Positions 23,289-35,542 of a stretch of DNA of 64,000 bases are shown here, piece by piece (the stretch's first letter is position 1; each line of letters begins with the position of its first letter). The position numbers were made by a program, and so were the translations under genes. This stretch comes from Scyliorhinus canicula (Eukaryota), in the NCBI RefSeq assembly GCF_902713615.1, contig NW_024055482.1, positions 1 to 64,000 on the forward strand. The letters are read 5' to 3'. Below the pieces are notes generated by a model. That model saw only the letters and a list, made by a program, of their open reading frames with translations. It was not told the DNA's origin and did not search any database.

Positions 23289-23690
23289 GGATGAATGACG
23301 CACAGTCTCCCAGGATCCGTCCGAGTTGAAGGCTCTAGAAAGACAGTTCAGTTATAATCACTCCATATCCAAGAGCTTTCTCTGCCTATGTAGGCCGGTC
23401 AATATGACGGGATAACTGCGAGATATTTACTGAGGAGGTATCGGCTGAGACATTGAGCTACGTCACAAGATTTCTCACATCGGTTGATTTGAACAAGGAT
23501 AAAGACAACAGTGCAAATGTTTGATTAACAAACCTGCCAATGTTTGTTCCCCGTGGGCCTGAGATGGAATTAACCTGGCTGATCAAGGCGCTAAAGAAGA
23601 CTACACAAATACTCGCAGAGGAGGTTTTTGCGGGTTCTTGGTTTTTATCTGATGCTGTGTTTCACTGCACAGGAAAAGACCACCACACTT
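23289..23690 (+). pseudogene. Highly decayed V-like relic
   Basis: Acceptor TTACAG followed by CAGTCTCCCAGGATCCGTCCGAGTTGAAGG (similar to the 19341 family FR1), and a late SDAVFHC-like motif at ~23650; many stops. Confidence 0.45.
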
Positions 23691-24253
23691 AGGCCGCTTA
23701 TTTAATGAGCAACAGGCAGATATTGTCTTCAGATTCCATCATTTTACAATTTTTACAGCCTTACTACTTCATTAATAATCCAGTTTGGACACTGTGCTCG
23801 TTTCTGTCCATATCAGTGGATGTTTCTTATTACCGGGGTTATATATTTGCAATCTATCCCTTCAAACACAGCTACTGTCACCGGAAACTGGATCTGCAAG
23901 TAGTTCGCCTGTGAAAGAAGAGGATCTAAAGAGCAGGAGGTTAAACGGGATCAAGGTATTATCCTCTATCTAACTGTATGAGTCTGTGTAAATTCCCATC
24001 AATCTGTTAAACTGTCTTGATGAGCAAAATCCAGTACTCAATGTGCAAGATCCCCGCCAGTATTATTAGAAACATGTCTGCCTGGATCTCTCAGTGAATG
24101 GGTATGGAATGACTCAGAGATTGAGAGGAGAGAGGGAACCCGAGCTCTGTTCAGCTCAATGTCCCACCCAGACACAGCAAGGGAGCCAGGCCCACGGTGA
24201 CATCACTGATGGCTTTGGTCTCATGTGACTTTCTAACTAACATGTTGGGCTTT

Positions 24254-24267
24254 GCGCCCTCTGCTGG
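24254..24267 (-). promoter_or_regulatory. CTCF consensus site
   Basis: The minus strand reads CCAGCAGAGGGCGC, an exact match to the CCASYAGRKGGCRS core. Confidence 0.65.
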
Positions 24268-24324
24268 TGGATTATGTTCAATCGGTTCAGAATGGGGGTT
24301 ACTGAATCGACTTACGGTTTATTG

Positions 24325-24690
24325 GATTGGATTGGATTGGATTTGTTTATTGTCACGTGTACCGAGGTACAGTGAAAAGTATTTTTCTGCAAGCAGCTCA
24401 ACAGATCATTCAGTACATGGGAAGAAAAGGGAATTGAACAGAATTCAAGAAAATACATGAGAATACATAATAGGGCAACACAAGATATACAATGTAACTA
24501 CATAAGCATTGGCATCGGATGAAGCAGACAGGGTGTAGTGTTAATGAGGACAGTCCAAAGAAGGTCATTTAGGAGTCTGGTGACAGTGGGGAAGAATATG
24601 TTTTTGAGTCTGTTCGTCCGTGTTCTCAGACTTCTGAATCTCCTGCCCGATGGAAGAAGTTGGAAAAGTGAGTCACAAGGTCTCCAAGGG
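24325..24690 (-). mobile_element. Rex1/Babar-like LINE 3' end
   Basis: Same 3' tail sequence as 3625-3850. Confidence 0.7.
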
Positions 24691-25039
24691 ACTCGGAGGA
24701 TCTTCAGGCCTGCAAGACAGGATAAAAGACAGAGGTTAGTAATAATGTTAGCTTTAGAATTAATTTTTAAAAGGTTAGAACGAGTATTTATATTATTACG
24801 AGTATATTACGAGTATATATTACGAGTATATTATTGTTTTGTATGTCAAAACATTAATGTCAGGAATGAGAACTGACTATCCAAATCTGGATTATTCTCA
24901 TTATTTCTTTCTCTGGCGCTATCTGTCGGAAGGCAGGTCCAATCCATTGCAACGTCACGGGGAGGCAGATCGCAACCACTCCAGAGCTGGAACAGGAATC
25001 CAGACCGTTCTGGCTTTCCAATCTCCTGAGCTATCCCCA

Positions 25040-25905
25040 ACCGTCGTTCGCAGACAACATGAAAATCGTCGGTGTGCTAAATAGTGAGGAGGAAAGGTTT
25101 AGATTGCAGGATGATATAGACGGACGGGCCAGATGGGAGGAACATTGGCAAATGGAATTTAACCCTGATGCATTTTGGGAGGACCTACATTGCAAGAAAA
25201 CACACAATGAATGGCAGGACGCCAAGAAGTACAGAGGCAAGAGGGACCTTGGTGTTCATGCCCACAGATCTCCGCAGGCAACTGGACAAGTAGATAAGGT
25301 GGTGAACAAGACATACGGGATACTTGCCTTCATTAACTGAGGCATGGAATATAAGAGCTGGGAGGTTATTATGGAGCTGTTTAAAACGCTGGTTAGTCTT
25401 CAGCTGGAGTATTTTGTGCACATCTGGTCGCCACCTTACGGAAAGGATGCGATTATACCAGAGAGGCTGCAGAATAGATTAATCCGGAGGTTTTCTGGGA
25501 AGGAATGTTTCAGCTATGAGGAGAGGCTGGATAGGCTGGAATATTGTCCTTAAAGCAGAGAATACTGAGGAGAACCTAATCGCGGTGTTCAAAATTATAC
25601 GTAATATAGATAGGAAGATACCTTTCCATTAGTAGAGGGGTCAACAACGAGGAGGCGTAGATTTAAGGTAAGGGGCAGAAGATTTAAAGGGAATTTGAGT
25701 GTGGTGAGATCCCGGAACTCTGCCTGTAAGGCTGGTCGAGGCGGGAACACTCACAGCAATAAAGAAGCGTCTAGCTTAGGACTTGAAACGCCATTGCATG
25801 CAAGGCTCCGGGCCAAGTGTCAGAAATTGGTTTAGACTAGATCGGTACTTGATGACCGGGGCAAACATGATGTGTCAAAGGGCCTCTTGTTTGCCGTAAA
25901 GCTCC
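25040..25905 (+). mobile_element. CR1-type LINE 3' fragment
   Basis: Decayed RT C-terminus: LQDDID...WQMEFN, QVDKVVNKTYGILAFIN, LEYFVHIWSP, FSYEERLDRL. Confidence 0.85.
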
Positions 25906-26668
25906 ACGACTAAGGCGCCAGAGGCACGGAAGCTGCCGATGACGCCACAAGGCCACCTCTCCTTAGGTCAAAGAAAGTAAAGGAGAGACTGTACTGAGTT
26001 GCTGAAATATAAGTGGGTCTGTCAAAGAAGATGACACGGAGCTGTTTCCACGAGCAGATCCTTGGATAATACAGGGATCGAGGAGAAATAAAGCCCAGGA
26101 AAATTCCATTCATTATCTACACTGCGATTTGCTGAACTACAGAAGAGGTGTCTAAATAAAGGAAGAAAATTCAACAATAACTTTAAGAAGGAAATGTAAA
26201 GGCAATTACCCGGCTATGTAGAAAATGCTATTTTTGAAAGAAGAATAAGATAACCATTTCAAAGTGTCTCGGGCAATATAGATCGTGTGGCCTCATCCCT
26301 GACTCGAAGATTCTAGATTCTAGTCCGTCATGTCCTCCCGATCTATTTCTTCTCAGTGACTTGCACAGTGAGCAGGTGCAGGATGGTTACAGTCTAGTGA
26401 AGATTCAACCGTCGCTATTTCCGCTCCATCAGTTCCGAGTGCAACTGAGAGTCACCGCACACTTCACTCAATATTCAGACGGCGATATCCCCGCCCACAG
26501 CTTCCGGTTGCTGCTCTCACTCTGACCCAATTGTGTTACTGGAGAGATTGCTGCTGCTGGTTCATTCCTCTCATTGGTCGGGTCAGCAGTGCAGTATGAC
26601 GAGGATCTGTATTTCTGTCTCTGACAGAGGATTGATCTCATTGTAGAGATACAAACTCAAGAAGGATC

Positions 26669-27173
26669 ATGAGGAACCATCTCGCTTCGCTCATCATCGT
26701 TATCTCACTTCTCAGTAAGCATTTCCTTCCCAGTGACACTTCATTCTCTTCCTGGCTGCTGTAACCCAGATTTTATTGTTGGTAAAATGACAGTTATTAT
26801 TTTGCTGATGATAGTATTGCTGAATGCGATGCTAACTCTGATTGTCATTATTGTTGTTATTTCTGTTAGAATGGAGCCACCAGGACACCGTGGAACAAAA
26901 GGAACCTGAAATAACAGTTACAGAGGAAAATGAAGTTACATTAACCTGCACCTTGAAAACAAGCGCTTCTAGCCTTTATGTGTACTGGTACAGTCAGCAG
27001 CCCGGCAAAGCTCCAATGTACATGTTTCTTCTTATTGGACAGGCTGTGCAAAGAAAAACCGACCTCAATGATCGGTTTTCTTCTACGTTTGATAAAAAGA
27101 ACAAGACTACCAAGCTAACGATCAGTAACACAATGATCTCCGACAGCGCCGTGTATTTCTGTTGCATGCAGCC
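26669..27173 (+). CDS. TCR alpha/delta V gene segment, apparently functional
   Basis: Leader exon 26669-26714 (MRNHLASLIIVISLL, phase 1, GTAAGC). V exon 26870-27173 with VTLTC, WYSQQPG and DSAVYFCCMQP. RSS: CACACTG 27174-27180, 24-bp spacer, ACAAAAACC 27205-27213. Confidence 0.94.
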
Positions 27174-27591
27174 CACACTGCTACAGAGATATGGTGGGTC
27201 CCGTACAAAAACCCCACACTGGCAGTTCCAGCTGCTGCTCCCTCATCGGCAGTTCAGTTTCCACAGTGAGTGACAAACATTGTAACAAAACATCGCACAA
27301 AAAGCAAGAGGTGAGGTCCAGTTGCACAGTTAAACCAGTTTACGATTGCAACTTGCATTCATAACAGATGTAAGATTGACGAATCGATCTGTGATTCCAA
27401 AACTCCTGCTTCTTGTTCATATACTGGTGTACAGACTCACTCACTCACTAAACTATCAGGTCTCACTGAACTATAACAAATGCAACAATTTAAATTCATA
27501 TTGCGCTTTTCACGTCATTACATGTCCAAAGGAGTTTCAGAGGAGCATTCAGGTCATATAATCAAAAACCTGCTCAAAGAGTTCGGTTATT

Positions 27592-27770
27592 TAGGGCGGC
27601 ACAGTGGCTAGCACTGCTGTCTCACAGCGCCAGGGACCCGGATTCTACTCTGGCCTTGGACGAACTCGTGGCGTTTGCACGTTGTCCCCGGGTCTGTGAT
27701 GGTTTCCTCCGTGTGCCGCGGTTTCCTCCTACAACCCAAAAATATGCAGAATAGGTGGATTAGATAGATT
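27592..27770 (+). mobile_element. SINE 5' part
   Basis: GGGCGGCACAGTGGCTAGCACTGCTG head. Confidence 0.75.
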
Positions 27771-28300
27771 TAATAAACCTCAAACAGGTCCTTCTTCAGC
27801 CTTCTCTGCTCTGAGGAAAACAACCCTAAGCTAATCAGCCTGTCTTCATAGCCGAAACACTCCATCCCCGGCAACATCCTGGGGAATCTCCACTGCATCC
27901 TCTTTCGTGCAATCAAACCCTTCGGTAGTGTGGCGACCAGAACTGCACACAGGGATCCAGCCGTTGCCTAACCAGTGTTTCTGCAGCTTCATCATAACCT
28001 CCCTGCTCTTATGTTCAACGGAAAATAAACGCAACTATTTCATAACCACCGTATTTTCCTGTCCTGCTGATTTCAGGGGTCCATGGATACGCACCCGAGG
28101 TCCCTCTGGTTACTGTAATTACCAAGCGGCCTATATTTCATTATATATTCCGTTGCCTTTCTAGCCCTCCCAAATTGCATCACCTCACAATTTTCAGAGT
28201 CAATTTGCCACTGTTTTAAGGTTTTCCTCCTCACTATTTACCACATCAACAATTTTCTCGGAATCTGCGAATTTACTGATTATACCTTTACCAGCGTCCT
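27770..28300 (-). mobile_element. CR1-type LINE fragment
   Basis: Decayed RT C-terminal sequence (cf. ORF 27846-28034). Confidence 0.7.
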
Positions 28301-28949
28301 TGGGTTACACGGAATGTGGAGCTGAGGCCATGGTCACCTTAGTCATGATGTCACTGAATTGTGGAGTAGACTCGAGTGGCCGATTGACCAACTCCCTGCT
28401 CCCAAGTCGGATGCTCATATGGCAATGAAAATGCCCTGCATTTTCCCGAGTCAGTGTCTGTTACTGAGGGAGACACAGAATCGTTGAGCTGAGCCCCCAC
28501 ACCAGCAGGCCGTATCCTTCAATGGTGCGGCGATCCCTTTGCCGCAGCCAGCTCACGGCACTTGCTATCCTAACATTATCACATCTTGCTTTATTGCAGC
28601 AGAGAAATGCATTCCCCTGATTGCCAGCGACACGCTAGTGAAAGACAAGGCCTGTAAAATTGGGCAGCCAATACCTGGACATAAATATGTACGCGGAAAT
28701 ACTGGAAGTTTGTCACTCGCGGAATTAATATAGCGCCAGGAATGTTATAGCACTCAGAATCCCAGATACACAGAACCACCAGTTCAGATGAGGCCTTCCG
28801 GTCAATCGAGTCTGAACCAACACGTGAAATATACAGGACTAAATACAGGACCTCATTTGTCAGCACGTGTTCCATAGCCTTGAATGTGAAGACGTGTAAT
28901 GTGCTCATCCAGGTACTATTTAATGGATGTGAAGCACACTGCCTCTACC

Positions 28950-29335
28950 ACCCTCCCACGTAGGTTACTCCAGATAGTCACCATCCTTTGAATAAATAAG
29001 ATTTTCCTCCAATCCCCCATAACCTCCTGCCCCTCACCTTGAATTTGTGTCCCCTCGCAACTGACACTTCAACGAAGGGGAACAGCTGCTCCCTATCCAC
29101 CCTGCCATGACCCTCGTAATCTTGTACACCCAAGACTATGCAACTTCTCTTCATAACATAAATGTTCCATCCCAGGCAACATAATGGTGAATCTCTTCTG
29201 CAACCCCTCCAGTGCAATCACATGCTCCTATAATGTGGCGCCCAGAATTGCACACAGTACTCCAGCTGCGGTCTCACGACAGTTCTGTACAACTCCAACA
29301 TGATCTCCCTGCTTTTAGAATCCATGCCTCTATTG
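28950..29335 (-). mobile_element. CR1-type LINE 3' fragment
   Basis: Reverse-complement CR1 3' region (RGHKFKVRG-like). Confidence 0.7.
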
Positions 29336-30719
29336 TCCTGCAAGTGCGGTGGAACAGGAGTGGTACAGTGGTTAGCACTGCTGCCTCACAGCGCCAGGGA
29401 CCCGGGTTCACTTCCGGCCGTGAGTGTGCAGTTTGCACTTTCTCCCCATGTCTGCGAGGGTTTCCTCCGGCTGCTCAATTTTTTTTAAAGACCTTATCAG
29501 AGTTACAAAGCTAGAGCTCAGAGTGTGGACAGGGGCAAACCCCTAAAGCAGCTCCATGCCTGCTCCAAAAACTAATTCAAATTGAATCCAATTCATGGCC
29601 CCCAGAAGAGAGACATACCAGATCCACGCATTCCACCTGACTTCACGCTCATCTTAGCAAAAGGGCGAGAAGCGATTTCCTCCCACAGTTCAAAGATGCG
29701 TAGGAAATCTGGATTGACCATGCTGAATTGCCCCTTAGCGCCCCTTCGTCTCAATTGGGCGAAGTCTGTCCCTGATCTGTGTGGGAATCCAACATAAAAC
29801 ATGTCGTGTCAACAGAAACTTCAAGTATTTTCGATCAACAACTTGATTTCTATTAAAGTATAAACCTGGCACTATGTGCTTCCCATGTCCCAGACTGATA
29901 GTAATTCTCATGTTGTTCAGCGGTTATTGTACATAATAATAATCTGTATTAGTGTCACAATTTGGCTTACATTAAGACTGCAATGAAGTCTGTTCCGATG
30001 CCTGTTCGGGTGCACAGAGGGAGAATTCAGAATGTCCAAATTACCTAACAGCACGTCTTTTTGCGACTTGTGGGAGGAAACCGGAACACCCTGAGGAAAC
30101 CCATGCAGACAGTGGGAGAATGTGCAGACTCCACACAGACAGTGACTCAAGCCGGGAATCGAACCCCGGTTCCTGGAGCTGTAAGGCAGCAATGCAAACC
30201 ACTGAGCCACAGTGCCGCCCATTAAGTACATTGTACATTTAGTACCGCAGCAGATATTGATCCATTCTGCATTTCGTTACAGGAACGGGTAACGAGGCGT
30301 CTTTGTCCTTGGACTCATCTGCGAGAGCAGGCCATGATTTTCGTCCATCTCAACTCCTCATTTGAGTGCCTCCCTCTGCTGGTAGTTAGATCCCCCGGTT
30401 TTAAAGTTACAATAAAATGTGCAGTATAATAGACAATAATAAGATGATAAGGCCATTCGACACAGGAGCAGAATTAGGCCACTTGGCCTATCGAGTGTGC
30501 TTCGCCATTCAATCATGGCTGATATTTTCAGCCAAAGCTCTCAGGATTTCCCAAACTATTCCTCTGTCGATCTACACAAGGACAGAAAACTGTCCGGTCA
30601 ATAGACATGATTGCTTGCCTGAGCCCGGGATCAATTCCTTCTCGGAAGGGAACCTCAGTGATGCTGTAAACACTCACTCAGGGTTGTGTACGGGGCCTTA
30701 GGTTTTCTCTAACGCTGTT

Positions 30720-31428
30720 TCTCAGTGCGCAGTAATAGACCACCCCGTCCTCCGCATCGAATGCGCTTACACTGAGGTAACTGTTCTGTTTAGATTTGTC
30801 AGCAACCGCCAGATATCGTCCTGAACCCACATCTTTCTTCATTACTACGGTGTTGGTGATAATCAATCTCGGTGGCTGTGCCGGTTTCTCCTGAAATCAT
30901 TGCATTTTGTACATGTTGGGGCCTTTATATTGGCAATTTAACTTCACCGAACCCCCTTCTGGGACAGTTATTGTCACTGCTGACTGGGCTACTGGATTGC
31001 ATATAGCCGGCCTGCGAAAGTGAAGGAATGAAATGAACAGATTGTTGTTCCTTTATAAAGTTAGAGTTTGTTCAATTAAGAGGTGCTTTTTAGCGTGGCT
31101 AGTCCACTTAGCCTGCACACCTAGGTTGTGGGAGTGAGAATGTTCAAACACCACACGGACAATAATCTGGGACCGGGATCGAACCCGTGTCCTCAGTGCA
31201 ATGAGGCAGCAGTGCCAACCATTGCACCACCGTGCCGCCCTGAGTTTAAACAGAGTTGATATAAATCTACTTCTATCTGCGGCATTTTTTGGGACCTCTG
31301 ATGCAGGCACTTCATAGACATTCCCGATCGTTAATTACACATAGCCTATGTGTATTAATATGCTAATCTGGTTTAATTAACACTATAACTACTTACTGTG
31401 CCAAAGCCGTCAGTATTATCACTAACAT
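30720..31428 (-). pseudogene. TCR V pseudogene (block B copy), frame intact except Trp41->TGA
   Basis: Leader 31428-31397 (MLVIILTALA). V exon 31011-30720: PAICNPVAQSAVTITVPEGGSVKLNC...Q*FQEKPAQPP...EDGVVYYCALR, stop at 30897-30899. Heptamer AACAGCG 30713-30719, 23 bp, nonamer ACACAACCC. Confidence 0.92.
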
Positions 31429-31524
31429 GTCTGACTGAATCTCTCCCAGTGAACTGGACTGGACTGAGTCAGGGATTGTGTCGGAGAGAGGGAACTTAGT
31501 GCAGTGCAGGGAGAGGGTCTATTG

Positions 31525-31534
31525 TGACATCACT
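31525..31534 (-). promoter_or_regulatory. TCR-V-type decamer AGTGATGTCA
   Basis: Exact CRE-like decamer known from TCR V-beta promoters, ~100 bp upstream of the leader ATG at 31428. Confidence 0.6.
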
Positions 31535-32055
31535 CGCCTCCCATCCTATCGGCTTGGCCGACACCATCAGGTCAGTTTCTGACGCCCGCGCTTGAATTTG
31601 GCGCCCTCTGCTGCCGGATTTGGTTTACTCCGTGTTAGAATTCGGCTGTTGAGTGGATTCAGTGTTGACTGCAATGCATATCAGGGCGAGAAACCTGGAC
31701 AGAAATCTAAATTTCAGCTGTTAATACACTATCTTTGTCACGATAGGTGTTTCTAATCAAAAAATGATGCTTAATCTGTAGTTCTCGGTTCACACCATGG
31801 ATGCGATGAAGTCGAAAGAATGCCAAGATTTTGGTGGACATGCGGAGGTTAGAACTCAGAATAATAGCAGTTTATTGTGGTTCTGACGAAGAAGGTACAA
31901 AAGGGGAGCTGCTATGAACATCGCTTTTTTCAGAGACCAGATTGTCTGGAATTATTTTCATTAGGTTAAATGTCCTATAAAGAAGACAGGTGAATGATAT
32001 TTCATGCTGCAAGCGTTTGCGAGACAATGAAACGTCTTTGAATGGATCAGCACCG

Positions 32056-32127
32056 AGGCACGGGCGGGATTTGAACCCGCGATTTTTGGTTTACGAAACC
32101 AACGCCTTACCTCTTGGCCACCGTACC
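32056..32127 (-). tRNA. trnT-CGU: tRNA-Thr(CGT)
   Basis: 72 nt GGTACGGTGGCCAAGAGGTAAGGCGTTGGTTTCGTAAACCAAAAATCGCGGGTTCAAATCCCGCCCGTGCCT; all stems pair. Confidence 0.92.
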
Positions 32128-32667
32128 TTATGCAAGCAAGTGAGGTTGATTGCACTGTGAGTTGTTATCATTTGGAGTCTGGCGCAACAATTGATGAGAG
32201 AAGAAGAATCAATAGAACATTTCAAAAAGGATTGTCAGAACTTGAGAACGGAAAACCCCGCGGGATTTAAATGCAGGGTAAAAAGGGCAATAGAAAAAGT
32301 TATTTCAAATAGGCGCAGGTAGCGTCAGTTCAATCTTCCCCCACCCCTCCGACACGATATTCTTCTCAGTGAGTTGAGCAGGTGCAGGATGGTCACGGGA
32401 TGCTGGATGCTCAACTGTCGCTATTTCCGCTCCATCACTTGTGACTGCAGCTGATAACCGCCGCACAATTTTCAGCTTTGAGTCTGCGGTGCCCCGGTCA
32501 CAGCTTCCGTGTGATGCCCTCGCTCCAACACCATTGGGATATTCTAGACATTGCTGCCGCTGCTCGATTCCTGTCATTGGTTGGATCAGCAATGCAGTGG
32601 GACCTGAATCTGGATTGCTGCTCTGACAGATAATTGCCTGCGCTAAAGAGCGATTGATTCAGGAACG

Positions 32668-33179
32668 ATCGCGGGGAACTGCCTCGTCACCCTCTTCGTT
32701 ATGATCTCGCTACTCAGTATTTCCTTCACTGCAAAACCCCCATTCTCCCCTTACTGAGTAACCAGATATTATTGTTAATTAAATAATAATGAGTATGGTG
32801 CAGGTGACCGTTACGTTGGTCAATATGAGGCTGATTCTGAATTTTGAGATTATTATTGTTTTCTGTTCGTTTCTATCAGACTGGAGCCACCAAGACCCAG
32901 TGGAACGTCTGGACGCTGAAATGAGGTTTGAAGAGGATACTGACGCCACACAGCAGTACAATCGATACTGACGATCCTGATACACAGTCAGCATCCGGGC
33001 AGCCTGCACGGTTCATATTCCGTCTGATTGGAGAGAATCTGCGTAGCAGCAAATGTAGAAGTGATCGCAATATGACACATATACAGAGAAATATCAGCAC
33101 ACAAATATAGAGATCCCCATATGTGTCTGCGCCGTCAATCACATTATAACAGAAAGGCAGTGGGTCCCAGAAACAAACC
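32668..33179 (+). pseudogene. Degenerate TCR V pseudogene (block B copy of 2950)
   Basis: WSHQDPVERLDAEMRFEED..., multiple stops. RSS relic CACATTA 33140-33146, 24 bp, AAACAAACC 33171-33179. Confidence 0.8.
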
Positions 33180-33208
33180 GACACCAAGAGGGGTAGGGGT
33201 ATATGTGT

Positions 33209-33239
<31 letters not shown>

Positions 33240-33329
33240 GGGTGATATTCATCTCTCAAGGTGGATGCGAGAGGGCGGTCAGAAAGACCATCGCCATTTA
33301 TTATTATGTGAAAATGGAGCAAGACGGGT

Positions 33330-34225
33330 TATTGGATTGGATTTGTTTATTACCGAGGTAGAGTGAAAAGTATTTTTCTGCAAGCAGCTCAACAAATCAT
33401 TCAGTACATGGAAGAAAAGGGAATTAAACAAAATTCAACAAAGTACAAGAAAATACATGGGACTACATAAGAGGGCAGCACAAGATATACAATGGAACTA
33501 CATATGCATTGGCATCGGTTGAAGCACACAGGGTGTAGTGTTAATGAGGTCAGTCAATAAGAGAGTCATTTCGGAGTCTGGTGACAGTGGGGAAACTGCT
33601 AACCATCTCCACCTCGTCCACGTTGATGCTGATAGGGGTGTGTACAGTACTTTGCTTCCTGAAGTCGATGACCAGCTCTTTAGTTTTGCTGGCATTGAGG
33701 GAGAGATTGTTGTCGTTACACCATTCCACTAGGTTATCTATCTCCCTCCTGTATTCGGACTCGTCGTTATTCAAGATCCGGCCCACTATGGTCGTATCGT
33801 CAGCCAACTTGTATTGTCGATGGAGTTGGAACCAAGTTTTGCCACGCAGTCGTGTGTGTACAGAGAGTAGAGTCAGGGGCGAAGGACACAGCCTTGCGGG
33901 GCAACAGTTTTGAGGACTATTGTGGAGGAGGTGTTGGTGTTCATTCTTACTGACTGTGGTCTGTTGGTCAGAAAGTCAAGGATCCAGTTGCAGAGTGGGG
34001 GTGCCAAGTCCTAGGTTTTGGAGCTTTGATATGAGCTTGGCTGGGATTATGGTGTTGAAGGAGGAGCTGTCGTCAATAAATAGGAGTCCTTGTTTTCGAG
34101 ATGCTCTCGGGATGAGCGTCGGGCCAGGGAAATGGCGTCTGATGTGGACCGGTTGCAATGGTATGCGAATTGAAGTGGGGCAAGGCATTCCGGGAGTATG
34201 GAGGTGATGCGCTTAAAGATCAGCC
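33330..34225 (-). mobile_element. Rex1/Babar-like LINE fragment
   Basis: [53 protein letters not shown]-terminus; duplicate of 3625-4490. Confidence 0.8.
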
Positions 34226-34299
34226 TCTCTGACCTGCTTTCAAAGCCAGCGATTTAGCCCTGTCCTAAACAGATATCATCCAGGAGTGGAACAACAATT

Positions 34300-34316
34300 C
34301 GTCTCTGGGTGGGATC

Positions 34317-34373
<57 letters not shown>
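34300..34373 (-). tRNA. trnN-GUU: tRNA-Asn(GTT)
   Basis: 74-nt Asn-GTT with intact anticodon and T stems; the C6-A67 mismatch is shared with the block A copy. Confidence 0.93.
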
Positions 34374-35050
34374 GACAACAGGATCACAACTCTGTGCATT
34401 TCAACAGTGACGGGCAATCCTCTGATTGCCAGGGACCGAATGAGAATGCTGGCAATATTGGTCCCCTGAGGCAGTGCGGAAAATATCTGGAAGGAGCGTA
34501 CACATGGTCCCGCGGGCATGGACATTTGTGAGACGTGGAATCATCACAGGCCCGTGGATTTTACAGAACTCACTTGGACAGCACCACACTTTCGTTGAAA
34601 CACGTCCCTTATCCGGGAACCTCCATAACAGAAAGCAGGAAGTGTCAACATAGATTTGATGTATTTTCGATCAGAAAGTCGATGTTCCGCTGAAGACTAC
34701 TGGGGGCTCAGACTCGTTGGCATAAGGTCGACCTAAGTTAACGGTCCTGGAAGATTTTATTATCCCCACATCTGAGAACTTTCGTTACTGCTGCTCGGAA
34801 GTGGATATTCCAAGTTTAAATTTACTGTGCATCGCGACATGCTGATTAATCTCACGAATCCGAAACGGCTCCTCTATTGACCAATACAAGGACAGAGACG
34901 GCAATGCAATTGTGGAGAAATAGACCTGAGTATTTTTCTGAATCCAGATCAAACCATCCTCCGGTACAAGGGCAGGAACGGAAATTTGCTGGAATTGAAA
35001 ATACTCTCTGAGGCTTTCGTACGTGGTTGTAGCTGCTTTGTGACACTGTG

Positions 35051-35291
35051 CTCATTGCACAGTAACAGACCGCCCCGTCCTCCACACTGAGCGCGTTTAT
35101 ATTGAGATAACCATTCTTTTTAGACTTGTTGGCAGCCGCCAGGCATCGTCCTGAGATCTCCTCTTTCTTCATCGTCAATATGTTCATGATGACCAATCTC
35201 GGCGGCTGTGCCGGATTTTGCTGATACCACAGCATGTGGTACATCCTCCAGTCTGTATATTCGCAATCTAACTGCACTGAACCTCCTTCTG
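35051..35291 (-). pseudogene. 5'-truncated leaderless TCR V with intact 23-RSS (block B copy)
   Basis: VQLDCEYTDWRMYHMLWYQQNP...DGAVCYCAMS; heptamer CACAGTG 35044-35050, 23 bp, nonamer 35012-35020. Confidence 0.9.
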
Positions 35292-35452
35292 ATTTCTAAC
35301 CTGTCCCGGTTTTTATGAAAGGTAATGGTGAAAGACGAACTTTGTTGTCCTGTCGACTGACTACCTGAGATGTTACAGTACTTTTGGCGTTCTCCGCAGA
35401 TGTTAGATTGATTTTCGATGGCAATGACAGTATGCTTTGGCTCTTCTCGCGG

Positions 35453-35542
35453 GGCTCGTTGGTCTACGGGTATGATTCTCGCTTTGGGTGTATCGCTGTC
35501 GGTGTTTGCGAGAGGTCCCGGGTTCAAATCCCGGCCGAGCCC
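35453..35542 (+). tRNA. trnP-UGG: Intron-containing tRNA-Pro(TGG), mutated
   Basis: 18-nt intron TGTATCGCTGTCGGTGTT; D-loop G->C change and a T7-C66 acceptor mismatch. Confidence 0.85.

Noticed and set aside
24778-24836. Short (ACGAGTATATT)n repeat
   Set aside because: About four imperfect copies; ordinary slippage with no associated feature.
31011-31428. Phase-2 leader intron in a V gene (Ig/TCR leader introns are normally phase 1)
   Set aside because: Seen only in a pseudogene, where a 1-nt indel would give the same picture; no functional paralog in the window to test it.
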